DNA from: a virus
Lineage: Duplodnaviria; Caudoviricetes
Strand: one strand, 5' to 3'
Virus record (IMG/VR): IMGVR_UViG_3300029288_000084
Coordinates: 1-64,000 of that record
Length of the DNA: 64,000 bases
Part shown: piece by piece, positions 28,077 through 39,177 of the stretch
Numbering within the stretch: the first letter of the stretch is position 1
Layout: each line of letters begins with the position of its first letter
Made by a program: the position numbers and the translations under genes
The notes under the pieces: generated by a model
What the model was told of the DNA's origin: nothing
The model's input: the letters and a program-made list of their open reading frames with translations, nothing else
Database searches by the model: none

Positions 28077-29459
28077 TTATTTTAATTTATCAAATTTGAA
28101 ATCGGAAAATACATTCTTGTTTAACTTACCAATCACAGGCAATTCTTCACCATTCAAAGTATCACTTTGATTTACATCAAAATGCTTCATGTGGTCGTCA
28201 TCAAACCCAATAACAATTTTCCTATTTTTATCCAATTTGTATAATCTATTTTTCAAAATAATGAATAAGAATTTGTTTTCATTTAAAAGTTCTTCTGCAC
28301 CTGTAATTGATGCACAAAAATCTGCATTATGCATAATAGCAGCTGAATCAGCTATATTGCTCATCATAACATCAGATGAACCCCAACCTGATCTATTCAA
28401 CTGATTTGGTGCAAAACCAATTACATTGTTTTCATCAAATAGTTTTTTGAGGTTTTTTGAAACTTCAAATCCAGTTTCATACAATTTACCATGTGTTGGA
28501 TTAATTGGTTCAAGCAATGCAATATAGTCAATAGCAATCACATCTGGTATAAAATTCTTTTTCATCTTCAATTCTTCAAGTAGATTTCTTACATGATTAC
28601 AATTAATTGAACCTGCTGAATAATGCTCAATTATCAACTGCCCATGTGTTTTACTTTTCAGATATTTGATTTTTGAAATGAATTTTTCTCGTTCTATTTT
28701 AGGCAATTCGTTGATGTTTATATCCATTAGGTTTGCATCAAACCTTTGTCTAATATCCATTTTACTTAATTCAAGTGTAATAAAAAGACAATTCAATCCT
28801 TGTCTCATATAATGCGAACATATATCTACCAAAAATCTAGATTTTCCCCCTCCAGGTTGTCCTAAAATAACATTCAGCTTTCCTCTAGCAAAACCACCAC
28901 CAAGAGCTTTATTAAGATTTTCTAAATGTGTTGGGTATCTTATCTGTTGAGTTTGATAAAATTCTAATGCTTCTTCTGCATCTTCCATATAATCATGACC
29001 AATTGAAGTATTGAAACAAACTCTCAATGCAGTTTGAAGTAAGTCAGGAATTATATTCACATCATTTGGTTTACTTTGATATATGTCTTCTGATGCAACA
29101 ATAGCATTGTATAAAGCTCTTTTACGAAAATATTCTTCAGTAATTTCTAAAAGGTATTCTTCTGAAAACCCTGTTTCATTATATTCGCTAAAAACTTTTA
29201 GAGCATTTAAAACATCTCGTAACCCATCTTCAGAAATATTTTTATCCCTTTCTTTAAAATAAATAACAAGTGCAGCAATTGGCGGAAGTTTTTCATACTT
29301 CAAGAAAAAAATCTTTGTAACCTTAACAATTTTTTCATATTCAGTCAGTTGAAAATAAGTGGGGTCTAAATATGGTACTATTTTTTTTGTATAATCAAAA
29401 TTCTTTAACAAAAAATTTACAATAAGAAACTCTGTTGAAATTTCGTTAGAAACATCCAT
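28077..29459 (-). CDS. 41: replicative helicase gp41 (DnaB-like)
   Basis: SIGHDY, GQPGGGKS, ITLELS, R.DANL, IDY, QLNRSG, IADS, LKNR. Confidence 0.93.
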   Translation of the reverse strand: MDVSNEISTEFLIVNFLLKNFDYTKKIVPYLDPTYFQLTEYEKIVKVTKIFFLKYEKLPPIAALVIYFKERDKNISEDGLRDVLNALKVFSEYNETGFSEEYLLEITEEYFRKRALYNAIVASEDIYQSKPNDVNIIPDLLQTALRVCFNTSIGHDYMEDAEEALEFYQTQQIRYPTHLENLNKALGGGFARGKLNVILGQPGGGKSRFLVDICSHYMRQGLNCLFITLELSKMDIRQRFDANLMDININELPKIEREKFISKIKYLKSKTHGQLIIEHYSAGSINCNHVRNLLEELKMKKNFIPDVIAIDYIALLEPINPTHGKLYETGFEVSKNLKKLFDENNVIGFAPNQLNRSGWGSSDVMMSNIADSAAIMHNADFCASITGAEELLNENKFLFIILKNRLYKLDKNRKIVIGFDDDHMKHFDVNQSDTLNGEELPVIGKLNKNVFSDFKFDKLK

Positions 29460-29467
29460 ACAGTGTA

Positions 29468-29755
29468 TTAACTCTTATTTTTTACGATTTTTTTTATAAA
29501 ATTTAAAAACTCTCTTTCTAAGTCCTTTTTAACATTTTCTTCTAATCCAGCACCAAGTTCAAATTCGAACTCTATTTGCTGGGTTGTTTCATTGTAAGTT
29601 ATGTTTTTTATTACAATTATTCCCGATGGCAACTTAATAATCCCTTTATTGTCAATTGATCGTAGCTTATCTTTTACCTTACTAATCCGAATATCATCTT
29701 CGCGATCATCATCCTCATTTTCAAGTTCAATAGCATCCAATTCTTCTTTTGTCAA
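29468..29755 (-). CDS. hypothetical protein at the gp40 position
   Basis: lies between uvsX and 41 as gp40 does in T4; no sequence motif recognised. Confidence 0.45.
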   Translation of the reverse strand: MTKEELDAIELENEDDDREDDIRISKVKDKLRSIDNKGIIKLPSGIIVIKNITYNETTQQIEFEFELGAGLEENVKKDLEREFLNFIKKIVKNKS

Positions 29756-29765
29756 GATGAATCTC

Positions 29766-31040
29766 CTATTCTTCTGATTCAGACACTTCTCCGCTTTTCC
29801 CTAGCAATTCATGAACATTTGGAATATTTACAATTTCATCTTCTGGACTACCAACTTTGACTTTCATTTCTTGATTTATTTGTTCAACAATTTTGTTTTT
29901 ATCTTCCTCTTCAGTATTTATTTCTGTATTTTTACCATAGGTAAAAATTTTACCTAATTCAACATCAATAATATCTAAAGAAGCTTTGGTAAAAACTTGT
30001 TCAGGTGTTTCTAAAATATCTTTCATAAAATACTTATTACCATCAGGGAAAGTGTATTTTGTCTTATCTTTAACGATGATATTGTTTTCTAAACAAACGT
30101 CAAATAAACCAGAATATCTATCTAATCCATTTGCAAAATTCACTTTGATTGGAACAGATTTCCACTGCTTTGTTAATTCAGATTTCCTTAAAACGCATCT
30201 AATTTTCGTTCCAATAGTATGACGATTTCCTTTTCCATCAGTGACGCTATCCTTTGTTGGCAAGCATTCAATGATTATTGCTGCTGCATATTGTAAGCCA
30301 GTTCCGCCTGCAATAACATTTGGTTGATATTGATCCATTGGATTATAAACATGAGATGTAACAATCATTGGGTATTTCAAAATGTTAAGATCCATTGTTA
30401 TATTTCTGAAAATGGATTTGATTGTTCTCGCTCTAGCTCCCATATCAGCTTTTACATCACCTTTTATTGCATCTGTTTCTTCTTTATCAGAACCAGCTTG
30501 TGATAACGAATCTAAAACAAAGAAATAATTATCTCGTGGAGCTTCTTCCTGCTTCTTTTCAAGTTGCTTTTCATCTTCAAGCAATTTTGCAGGATCCATT
30601 TCCTCTACATCTTTCTTGTTTGTTTGATCACCGAAACCAACTTCAACCTTTACAATCGATAATCCTTGAATGATTTCTGTTTTGAATTGTTCTAAATTTC
30701 TAATAGGTGCATGAAGGTATCGATCAATAACAATACCAGCATCTTGTAACTTATCTTTTGTTAATCGACCTTCTGTATCATAGCAAATTACATAATTGTT
30801 ATCTGCCATTTTTTGATAATTTTTCAAAATAGAAATTGTCAAATATGTTTTACCAGCAGATGTTGGGCCTGCAAATCCAACAATTCTATTACCAGGAAAT
30901 CCTTTGTAAATTGAACCTGATAAAAGCATATTTAAAGCATATGAACCTGTGTCAATATAATAATCGATATCTGACAAAATGCCATTTGAGGCAATCGAAG
31001 CTAGAGGGTTGAGTTTAATTAATTTGTTAAACAGTTTCAT
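29766..31040 (-). CDS. uvsX: UvsX (RecA-like) recombinase
   Basis: IDTGSYALN, AGPTSAGKT, YDTE, LDSL, DMGARA, GGTGLQYAA, GLDRYSGL. Confidence 0.93.
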   Translation of the reverse strand: MKLFNKLIKLNPLASIASNGILSDIDYYIDTGSYALNMLLSGSIYKGFPGNRIVGFAGPTSAGKTYLTISILKNYQKMADNNYVICYDTEGRLTKDKLQDAGIVIDRYLHAPIRNLEQFKTEIIQGLSIVKVEVGFGDQTNKKDVEEMDPAKLLEDEKQLEKKQEEAPRDNYFFVLDSLSQAGSDKEETDAIKGDVKADMGARARTIKSIFRNITMDLNILKYPMIVTSHVYNPMDQYQPNVIAGGTGLQYAAAIIIECLPTKDSVTDGKGNRHTIGTKIRCVLRKSELTKQWKSVPIKVNFANGLDRYSGLFDVCLENNIIVKDKTKYTFPDGNKYFMKDILETPEQVFTKASLDIIDVELGKIFTYGKNTEINTEEEDKNKIVEQINQEMKVKVGSPEDEIVNIPNVHELLGKSGEVSESEE

Positions 31041-31048
31041 AAAATCTC

Positions 31049-31558
31049 CTATTTATTGTTTTCTAATTCTTGTGTTAATTTAGCAAGTGCTTTTAAATAA
31101 CTTGTAAGAGTTTTCTTTTCCTTTTTCATATGCTCTATTCTTTGAGATATATTTATACCCCATTTTACAGTTAGATTTTCTAATACCCTAATAGCATGGG
31201 CAATGGCATCTTTTTTTGATTTAAATACGTTATTTATATTATCTGCATTAAACAAAGTCTCATAATCAAAATATAAATTGCTGTTTATACTATAATTGAT
31301 TGTAGATTTAAACACAACATTTTCTTTATTTTGATATGCCATTAATAATCTTTTACTATTTACTTTTTCTATCTTGAAATCTCTATTTTTTGCTTTTAAA
31401 TCTCTATACAATATAAACACAAAAACTGGTTTAAAATTCACTATACGTGATGATATGTTTTCTTCATCTAAATCTACACTTTCATATACACAAATAGATC
31501 CAAAATAATCACAATTACAAATTTCCCCAAAAGTATTTTTTAAAAAATAATATTTCAT
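31049..31558 (-). CDS. hypothetical protein
   Basis: AGGAG RBS after a class II promoter. Confidence 0.55.
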   Translation of the reverse strand: MKYYFLKNTFGEICNCDYFGSICVYESVDLDEENISSRIVNFKPVFVFILYRDLKAKNRDFKIEKVNSKRLLMAYQNKENVVFKSTINYSINSNLYFDYETLFNADNINNVFKSKKDAIAHAIRVLENLTVKWGINISQRIEHMKKEKKTLTSYLKALAKLTQELENNK

Positions 31559-31578
31559 TTTTAACTCCTTTTTATCTA

Positions 31579-31609
31579 ATTATAATGTATTTATATGAAA
31601 AATTTAGTA
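31579..31609 (-). promoter_or_regulatory. TACTAAAT-N17-TATAAT promoter (class II) with an embedded TATAAATA
   Basis: exact motif; upstream of the uvsX-41 string. Confidence 0.8.
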
Positions 31610-32545
31610 AAACAATGAATCAATTTTCATAGTTTTATCATTTAAAGCTACAATTATATCATAATTGCAAGCTTTCGTTAAAATATTGACGGCTGACAAG
31701 AAACTCTTTTCATATTGCACATCGTAATCAATGTATTGATCAAAATTGAATTCTTTTGGTAATTTGTCTAAAAATGCTATAATATTTTCATTGTTATTTA
31801 AATTTGGCACTTTCAAATATAAGAATTTAATTCGATCACCCGAATAGATTTTTTTGTATTTATTTGTTAAATTTAACCTATCGAGATGGAAATTATATAA
31901 TAAAGCACCGCGAACATGAATTGGTGTTCCTTTTGTAAAAATTGTTTTACTATCAAAATATTTTTCGATATCTGAAATAGATCTCGGAAATGCCATGTCT
32001 TCTGGCTTAAAATTTACAAATTCTTTTTGATAATCTTTAACTACTTGCATTAATTTTTCATTATTATTATCCAAAACAATACCAACTACTTCACGCAATT
32101 TTTCTCGAACAATTTTTGGAGTTGATGTTCGAACTATTTCGATTCCTGTGATTTTGAGTTTTGGCTCATCGTAAACTTTATTTTCATCCATCCATTTTCG
32201 AACAACATATTTTTTCATTGAACACCAGAGACCAACATCTCCGATGATTTCTCGTTTCATTTCGTAAGTATTCTTGAAAACATTCAACTTGAGTGATAAA
32301 GCTTGAAGACTTTTTTCTATCTCTTTCTCTACAACAGTTTCACTAAATTTGTTAATAGCTTTAATTGCTTGCTGTGTTGTTAATTCTTTTGGACTTTGCT
32401 TAATTAATTTATCACAACAAATGTAAACTGAATTATGCAATAAAATATCATTACCAAAGAAATTATGATTATCTTCTACTTCAATATCATAAACATCTTG
32501 TTCTTGTATTCCTAAATCAATAACTTCAAGGGTGGATTGATTCAT
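31604..32545 (-). CDS. 43: DNA polymerase gp43 C-terminal half, preceded by the split-intein C fragment
   Basis: VYDIEVEDNHNFFGNDILLHN|SVYI; MKRE.I, KKY, K.TGIE.VRTSTP, KGTPIHVRGAL.YN, IDYD.QY.KSF. Confidence 0.93.
   Translation of the reverse strand: MNQSTLEVIDLGIQEQDVYDIEVEDNHNFFGNDILLHNSVYICCDKLIKQSPKELTTQQAIKAINKFSETVVEKEIEKSLQALSLKLNVFKNTYEMKREIIGDVGLWCSMKKYVVRKWMDENKVYDEPKLKITGIEIVRTSTPKIVREKLREVVGIVLDNNNEKLMQVVKDYQKEFVNFKPEDMAFPRSISDIEKYFDSKTIFTKGTPIHVRGALLYNFHLDRLNLTNKYKKIYSGDRIKFLYLKVPNLNNNENIIAFLDKLPKEFNFDQYIDYDVQYEKSFLSAVNILTKACNYDIIVALNDKTMKIDSLFY
32432..32545 (-). mobile_element. split intein C-fragment (38 aa)
   Basis: block F VYDIEV and block G HN followed by +1 Ser. Confidence 0.92.
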
Positions 32546-33647
32546 TTAATTTCTCCTTTTGAATTTTAATATAATCAACTAAAAAATTTAGTATTTCTAA
32601 TTTATTATTTTTCCAATCATATTCCCAAACATATAAATATTTAAATCCTCTGTTTACAAGACATAATTTTTTATTTTCATCATATTTCCAAATATCATCT
32701 ACATTATAACTTTTTTTAAAAAAACTAATGATGTCATTTTTACTATAAAATCTTGGGTTTGCATGATAATAATCACCATTAAATTCTATACAAATTTTTA
32801 AATCACTTATTACAAAATCATACTTATAATATTTTTTATTTATTAAATCACAAGATCCAAATTCTGTTGTTTTCGGTACAAAATATACTTTTTCAACATT
32901 AACAATGTCTTTTATTTTTTCAAAAAGAATAGAAGAAAATTCTTTTTGTATTTTTGATACACCGCTACTAGTTTTTTGTATTCTTTTAAAAAATTGTTTT
33001 ATGCCTTCCTCTTCTCCTAATCTATTTATATAATTATCTAATGTAACACCCTTTAATATATTTATCTCATTACATATTTTTAGTCCTTCTATTTTCCCAT
33101 GCTGATCTATAAAATACTGTTTAGATTTCGTATATGCTTGATTTTTTCTATACTGATCCCATTTAATTTTTCCTTCTTTTTCACCATATCTCTTAACAAA
33201 ATTTTCTAGCGTACTCGATCTTTTTTTATTGTAGTAAACAAAATCTTCTTTCGACATTCCATATTTTTTATTTTTATATTCGAATGTATTTGTTTCTGCC
33301 TGTTTCTTTCTATAACTTTCCCATTTTATTTTTCCTTCTTCATTACCATATTTTTTAACAAAATTTTCTAATGTAATTACTCTTGCTTGTTTTATTTCAT
33401 TATACAATATTTCAGGTAAATTAAGTAATTCAATATAATCTTTATTAATTATATTAGGTGATAATGGTAGCCTATTATATTTTTTTAAAAAACATTTTAC
33501 ACATTTAACTCTGTAGTAATATTTTTCTTTGTAAATAAAAGGTATATTATAAAACCAGCTTGTTTTATAATCTTTTTTATTTCTAAATATAGTAAAAAAA
33601 TCTTCAATATCTTGACCACATATTTGACATTTTCTTTTAGTTTCCAT
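32526..33647 (-). mobile_element. free-standing Vsr-like PD-(D/E)xK homing endonuclease inside the fractured gp43
   Basis: three TLENF..RYG..EG..KW repeats; YDFVISDLKICIEFNGDYYHANP...GFKYLYVWE. Confidence 0.85.
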
Positions 33648-33671
33648 AATTTTATATATAAAGATACCTAC

Positions 33672-35777
33672 TCAAATATATATTAATTTATCACTTAGTA
33701 AAATTTCCTTTGGTTTAACTGATATTATAATATCATTTCGATTTACGATAATTGAATGGTCTTCTGTTATTTCAACTTCTTTTCCGTTGTATTTTACTAA
33801 ATACATTCGTTTATTAACTTTATGTTTCATAATATATTTTATTTTTTTTTCTTCAACTTTTCTATTATCGATATTATAAGACAAACAAGTTGTATTTCCT
33901 ATAACATGTTTTATATAATTATCTATCCCTCTAATTTCAATTATTCCAAAAAGCTGATTATACAAATCACTAATTTTAAAATTACCTTGATTTGTTTTTA
34001 CAATAGTATTAAAACCGCAGCTGTCAGTATCGTTGTAAATAATATCAATGTATTTTCCTAGTTTTGTTTTTAACCAATCAGAAACATATCTAATAACCAA
34101 TTGTCCGGTGAGTGTAATAGCAGATGCAATTCGAATGTCATAATATCTAAAATATTCATTGGCAAATGCACCATATCCTGAATTTAACAAGATTTTTAGA
34201 GCTTGCTGTTTCAAATCAAGACTTTTTACTTCAGATTCTTTTCTACCAGCTTTTATAGCCTCTTTTAATTGCTTCTTGATTTCAATTCTTTCATTATATT
34301 TTTTCTCCATAATTTCGCCAACAGTACCTTGCTTATCTCTTTTCCAAAATCTTCCATTTGGCGTATAGCAGTAATTGTACTTTTTAAGAAATTCTTGTAA
34401 TTGTTTATATACTTCGCTTGTATCATCCAATAACAAATCTACAGAAGAAAAAAGAGGGTTCAAAGCTGTATATTCACGCAACACATCAGGTGCAATAAAA
34501 TCACCAAATCGAATTGCATCTGATGGCGATAACCCAGCTTTATTGACGATTGTTTCTTTAGATAAATTGCAACCAATAATATTGTTTGGATATAGAGAAT
34601 TTGCATCATAAGCTACAACCCATTTATACAATCCGGGTTTTACTAAATTTACAAAAGCACCTGGATATTCTTGTTTCTCAGTATGTTTTTTTGTTGGTGG
34701 TATTTCAATATTTTTAATCTTTAGTGCATTGTAAATAATAACATCCCAAAGTTTTACAGGAGAAAATATGTCTCTGTATATGACTCGAGATTCATATGCA
34801 ATAGTCATAGCCAACTCAAGTAATTGTAATTTGTTATTTAGAAGTGAAATTAATTCAACATCCCAAATGTTATATTCAATATACCTTTGAGGATCCTTTT
34901 CCCAAAGTTCTTTTAAATCATATTCATCGTATTTTATTTTTTGTTTGTTCAATTCAACAAAACAGATATTGTCTAACGAATATGATTCTTGTTTTTCATA
35001 TACAAATTTCTTATACAAGTTAATGTAATCGAGAATTGGAATATAAAAATCGTAGAAATTTATTTCTTGATTTATCATCCTTATACTGGTTTGATTGACC
35101 TTGCCAACTGGGGATAATTCAGTTAATGCCCGTTCACCCAGTAATTTATAAATCCGATTTGTTAGATACGGAATATCAAAAAGATCCACATTCCAGCCAG
35201 TAATGAGATCCGGTGATAGAGTTTTAAATAAGAAAATAAACGCTTGAAGCAATTCACCTTCAGAATTCATTTTTTTGAAATTAATCTTTTCTTTATCAAT
35301 ATTGAAAGTAGCCTTTTCTTTATCAAAATCCTTTAGTGAAAGTACATAGAAATTTCCTGTTTTCAAATCCTTTATTGTAATTGCACTGATTGGATAATTT
35401 GCCTTATTAACATTTGGAAAACCTTCTTCATTCAAAACCTCAATATCAATAATAACTGTTTTTACTTGTGAGATATCATAGTATTGATCTTCTTTACCCC
35501 ATTTCGTTTGAATAAACTGATAAATTGGTGAAATATCACCATACAAAGGCATTTCATCCCGATAAGTCTTTACAAAATCATAATATTCTCGAATGGTTTT
35601 AATATGCTTATTTAAATTGATACCATTCTGTGAAATATGACCTGTGTATTCATTTGACTCAGTAAAAATTTCAGCAGGGAAGGGAATTTTATCTTTGAAT
35701 TTTTTCCCGTTTCTATAACCAAGAATTACAAGATCATTTGATAGATTGATGATGTTAGTATAAAATTCTTTTGCCAT
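33672..35777 (-). CDS. 43: DNA polymerase gp43 N-terminal half, followed by the split-intein N fragment
   Basis: DIE, TGWN..FDIPY, YN..DV exonuclease motifs; YDANSLYP, K..LNSGYG, YNDTD|S. Confidence 0.95.
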   Translation of the reverse strand: MAKEFYTNIINLSNDLVILGYRNGKKFKDKIPFPAEIFTESNEYTGHISQNGINLNKHIKTIREYYDFVKTYRDEMPLYGDISPIYQFIQTKWGKEDQYYDISQVKTVIIDIEVLNEEGFPNVNKANYPISAITIKDLKTGNFYVLSLKDFDKEKATFNIDKEKINFKKMNSEGELLQAFIFLFKTLSPDLITGWNVDLFDIPYLTNRIYKLLGERALTELSPVGKVNQTSIRMINQEINFYDFYIPILDYINLYKKFVYEKQESYSLDNICFVELNKQKIKYDEYDLKELWEKDPQRYIEYNIWDVELISLLNNKLQLLELAMTIAYESRVIYRDIFSPVKLWDVIIYNALKIKNIEIPPTKKHTEKQEYPGAFVNLVKPGLYKWVVAYDANSLYPNNIIGCNLSKETIVNKAGLSPSDAIRFGDFIAPDVLREYTALNPLFSSVDLLLDDTSEVYKQLQEFLKKYNYCYTPNGRFWKRDKQGTVGEIMEKKYNERIEIKKQLKEAIKAGRKESEVKSLDLKQQALKILLNSGYGAFANEYFRYYDIRIASAITLTGQLVIRYVSDWLKTKLGKYIDIIYNDTDSCGFNTIVKTNQGNFKISDLYNQLFGIIEIRGIDNYIKHVIGNTTCLSYNIDNRKVEEKKIKYIMKHKVNKRMYLVKYNGKEVEITEDHSIIVNRNDIIISVKPKEILLSDKLIYI
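33675..34022 (-). mobile_element. split intein N-fragment (116 aa, Ser1)
   Basis: starts SCGFNTIV after YNDTD; block B ITEDHS. Confidence 0.9.
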
Positions 35778-35786
35778 TTTACCTCC

Positions 35787-35817
35787 ATTGTAAAATAGAA
35801 GTTAAAATTATTTAGTT
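35787..35817 (-). promoter_or_regulatory. class II promoter variant AACTAAAT-N17-TACAAT upstream of gp43
   Basis: same spacing, then GGAGG. Confidence 0.7.
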
Positions 35818-37018
35818 AATCAAACAAACTTCCTAAGGTTGGTTCTTCAGTCTTTACATTAAACTTTCTAAAATATTCTTTGTGATTATATAATACAGAT
35901 AAAGGTTCATTCGAATCAAATACCTTATCAATAACCTGGAATGCTAACATTGTATCACTTGGAAAATAACTATCCATTACTTCAGTACTACCTAAGTTGA
36001 TAATATTTTTTATCTCATATTCATTTCCAATGAGCTGATACATATTGTGAAGGCCCAAAATAGCATAAAAAAGAGAATTGAATGAATCTTTCTCTTTGTT
36101 CTTCAGATCGAAAATATCCCTCCATTTCAAAAGTTTGCATACAGGACAGATACAAGGTAAATTGGTATCCAAATTCCAATCTGGTTGAATAACAGTTGAT
36201 GATGAGAGGTGAACAAAATTCTTCTTAATAGTATATCTTCCATAAGATGCACTCATAAAAGGTGAGGATGAGTCATATGTTAATTTTACATCCAATTGAC
36301 GTTGATTTAATTTTCTCTGAATGTAAGCAAGAATTGGAATAATCTCCATAGATGAAACACCAAGAAAATGAAATAATTTTCTCCCATCTTTTTTTGAATA
36401 TCGTTCTACCTCGCCTTTTGAATACAGATAAAAGAAAGCAAAGATTGTTGTAAAAGCACTACGAGATGTAGCTGAACCAATTCCCCAGCCACCAGGAAAA
36501 TCAAAATTGTGAACTTTGCCATACCATTCTTCAAAATGATCAAAATTTCGTCCTTGAAGAACATTGAGAAATTGTGTTTTTCCTTTTTGATTTTTTTCAA
36601 AGAATGTCATATTATTAACAGTTTTTTGAAGATGATCGTTGAATTTTTCTTCTAAATTCATCTGACTATCAATGAAAGGCGGTAAATCTAGATTGACAGC
36701 ATAGTTAGAATTATTCTCTAGCCAATTGAAGATTTGTTCAACTATATCTGGTGTGTATTTAATAGCACCTGTGGCTATTTGATATCCACCAGAATCACCT
36801 AAAACTATTTTTTTCTCATCTACAAAATCATATCCATATTCTGTTTTCGAATCCTTCTTATAGTTGTGTCCAGCTGAAATAAGAAGGTATGGGTAATTGA
36901 AAACATTATCAGGATGAGTTTGATAAAATTTTAGACTTTTACCCTTGATGTTATACTTTTTACTTTCACCACCAAGAGGACCTAGAGAAATTGCAGGAAT
37001 ATAAGATATTTGGTTCAC
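35816..37018 (-). CDS. dpdA: DpdA-like / TGT-fold 7-deazaguanine transglycosylase
   Basis: [31 protein letters not shown], CxCxxC...LHN; located between queF and gp43. Confidence 0.82.
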   Translation of the reverse strand: MNQISYIPAISLGPLGGESKKYNIKGKSLKFYQTHPDNVFNYPYLLISAGHNYKKDSKTEYGYDFVDEKKIVLGDSGGYQIATGAIKYTPDIVEQIFNWLENNSNYAVNLDLPPFIDSQMNLEEKFNDHLQKTVNNMTFFEKNQKGKTQFLNVLQGRNFDHFEEWYGKVHNFDFPGGWGIGSATSRSAFTTIFAFFYLYSKGEVERYSKKDGRKLFHFLGVSSMEIIPILAYIQRKLNQRQLDVKLTYDSSSPFMSASYGRYTIKKNFVHLSSSTVIQPDWNLDTNLPCICPVCKLLKWRDIFDLKNKEKDSFNSLFYAILGLHNMYQLIGNEYEIKNIINLGSTEVMDSYFPSDTMLAFQVIDKVFDSNEPLSVLYNHKEYFRKFNVKTEEPTLGSLFD

Positions 37019-38493
37019 ATGTGCCTCGTGTGCAAATTAGCTGGCATTGCTTTAAAATGCTCTGGAACGTCAAAATACAACCTTTTGTGTTCAGCTACAG
37101 TTACAATGCTAATTCCACCACGAGGTACAAAATCACCTACAACACGAATCCAAAAAGGATCCATAACCTGTGTCAAATCTTTACAAATGATATTTGTACA
37201 ATCTTCATGGAAATCTCCATGATTGCGAAAAGAAAATAAATATAGTTTCAAAGACTTAGATTCAACCATATCTATTCTGGGAATATATCGAATGTACATT
37301 GTTGCAAAATCTGGTTGGCCCGTGCGGGGACAATTATGAACTACAATACCATTTGCAAAATAACACTCTGTATCTTCTACTTCCATATTATATACATCTG
37401 CATAACCAGTTTTTTGTACTTCTATTACTTTGTGATTTAGAGATTGTAATTGAATATTTTTCCTTAATTGTTTAGATTCTAAAGATGTTCGAACTTTGCC
37501 ACCACTTTCTTTGATCCAACTTGAAATAGTAGTTGTATCTACATTGAAATATTTAGATAATTCATAACAAGTAAAACCCTGTTCGTATAATTCTTTACAT
37601 TCTTGTCTTTTTTGATAAAATTTATCTGTTCTTTTCATAATCATACTTTCGGATTGACTTCTCAATTGAATATTATTTCTTTCAAGTCTAGTTCTAATAG
37701 TAGAACCATCACAGTTATAAATTTCACATAACTGATCTACACTAAAACCAGATACATACTGATTAATCAATACTTCATCTTTGATTGATTTATCATAACC
37801 ATATCTCAATGATTGATGATGAGAATTATGTTTTGTCAATGACATTACCTCAATATTAGAAGTATTATTGTTGTAATGATTTCCATCTTTATGGTGTACA
37901 GTACCATTCATATTAGGAAATAATGCATTGGCAATTAATTTATGTCGAGCAGTATTGCGAATATTGTCATTAGAACGTTGATCACTAATAATTCTCATCC
38001 CTGGCATTAGTTCACAAGCTTTAACCCATTTAAAATCACAAAATCCAATTTTAACAAGCACTAAATGATTTGGTGTTAATTGTATAGAGGTTTCAGTAAA
38101 TTGATTTTTTCCTTTATTGACATGTCTTGATAACATTCTTACTGTAATAATTTGAGTTTGATTTTGAGTTTTTCGAACATTATAGTATTTTTTTACAACT
38201 GGTTTTCCAATTTTTATATCGAAAGAAAAAACATAACCATTAGTGCCAACAAGTTTTTGAATTGGTACCCCTTTTGGATATTCTTTTTCATTGCAGCAAA
38301 TGTCTATTAGAGTATCACCAGTTAGACACAAACTAGTAAATTCTGGACATTTGAATTCAACTAAATATATACTTCCTTCATGTTTGTTTTTAAATGTTTC
38401 AAGCATACTCGCAGAAGGGTGATCATACGAATATTTTACCTTTTGATCTCCTAACTTAGAAACACTTCCTAACTCTTCTTGTGATCTAGACAT
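37015..38493 (-). CDS. queF: NADPH-dependent preQ0 reductase QueF (160 aa after removing the intein)
   Basis: CPEFTSL|[10 protein letters not shown], QueF motif [28 protein letters not shown]. Confidence 0.93.
   Translation of the reverse strand: MSRSQEELGSVSKLGDQKVKYSYDHPSASMLETFKNKHEGSIYLVEFKCPEFTSLCLTGDTLIDICCNEKEYPKGVPIQKLVGTNGYVFSFDIKIGKPVVKKYYNVRKTQNQTQIITVRMLSRHVNKGKNQFTETSIQLTPNHLVLVKIGFCDFKWVKACELMPGMRIISDQRSNDNIRNTARHKLIANALFPNMNGTVHHKDGNHYNNNTSNIEVMSLTKHNSHHQSLRYGYDKSIKDEVLINQYVSGFSVDQLCEIYNCDGSTIRTRLERNNIQLRSQSESMIMKRTDKFYQKRQECKELYEQGFTCYELSKYFNVDTTTISSWIKESGGKVRTSLESKQLRKNIQLQSLNHKVIEVQKTGYADVYNMEVEDTECYFANGIVVHNCPRTGQPDFATMYIRYIPRIDMVESKSLKLYLFSFRNHGDFHEDCTNIICKDLTQVMDPFWIRVVGDFVPRGGISIVTVAEHKRLYFDVPEHFKAMPANLHTRHM
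37333..38328 (-). mobile_element. contiguous intein (332 aa) with HNH endonuclease in queF
   Basis: CLTGDT start, LTPNH block B, VHHKDGN..NN..SN HNH, HTH repeats, [15 protein letters not shown]|C. Confidence 0.93.
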
Positions 38494-39169
38494 TTTTAAC
38501 TCCTTGATACATCATTATATACGATCTTTCATAAGTATTTAGTAAAGCAAATTGATGTTCTGTACTTCTTTGTAGAAAGTCTAATACATCAATAGCATGT
38601 TTAATAATAACAGTATCATATCCAAAATATTCAGCAATATCAGAAAATTCTCTTAGTAAATCCTTATCACGGTTCAAATCCTTATGTTCAGACCAAGAAC
38701 ATAAGATTCCTTTTGTTCCATCTATTTTTTTCAAATGATGTGGTCTAGAAAGTAACATTCGCGTTAGCAAAACTTTATCTTTGTAAATACGAACCTTAAT
38801 AGGTTCAAAATCACATAAGAAAGGGTGAACACCATGAATTTCACACCTGCCATCGTGATTGAGGAAAATACATTTCTTAAGATTTTTTGAAATTTTTTGT
38901 TGATTTAAAGAAATGATTTTTTTTGGGAATGGAGTATTATTTACATCTAGTACATCAAATAAACTTACCAATTCAGGAAATTGTTTTTGAAATTTACTCC
39001 ATCTTTCACCTGGATAATAATCAAGAGAAACAGGAACACAACAAGCACCACACTTATCAAGGCAATTTTGTTTTCTCAAAAACATTCGACTAAGTAAAAT
39101 ATCTTTATTAATACTTGGTTGTAGATTTATGATATAGTGAATCAATTTAAATGTTGATTGATAATCCAT
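38486..39169 (-). CDS. CxxxCxxCC Fe-S/Zn protein (YkgJ/FliB-methylase-like)
   Basis: CLDKCGACC...CIFL..DGRCEIH..HP..C...P. Confidence 0.75.
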   Translation of the reverse strand: MDYQSTFKLIHYIINLQPSINKDILLSRMFLRKQNCLDKCGACCVPVSLDYYPGERWSKFQKQFPELVSLFDVLDVNNTPFPKKIISLNQQKISKNLKKCIFLNHDGRCEIHGVHPFLCDFEPIKVRIYKDKVLLTRMLLSRPHHLKKIDGTKGILCSWSEHKDLNRDKDLLREFSDIAEYFGYDTVIIKHAIDVLDFLQRSTEHQFALLNTYERSYIMMYQGVKNV

Positions 39170-39177
39170 ATCTCACC

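Noticed and set aside
37015-38493. QueF-like (QueF-L) amidinotransferase making archaeosine (dG+)
   Set aside because: The NADPH-binding QueF motif ESKSLKLY and GDFHEDC are present, which indicates a true reductase giving preQ1.
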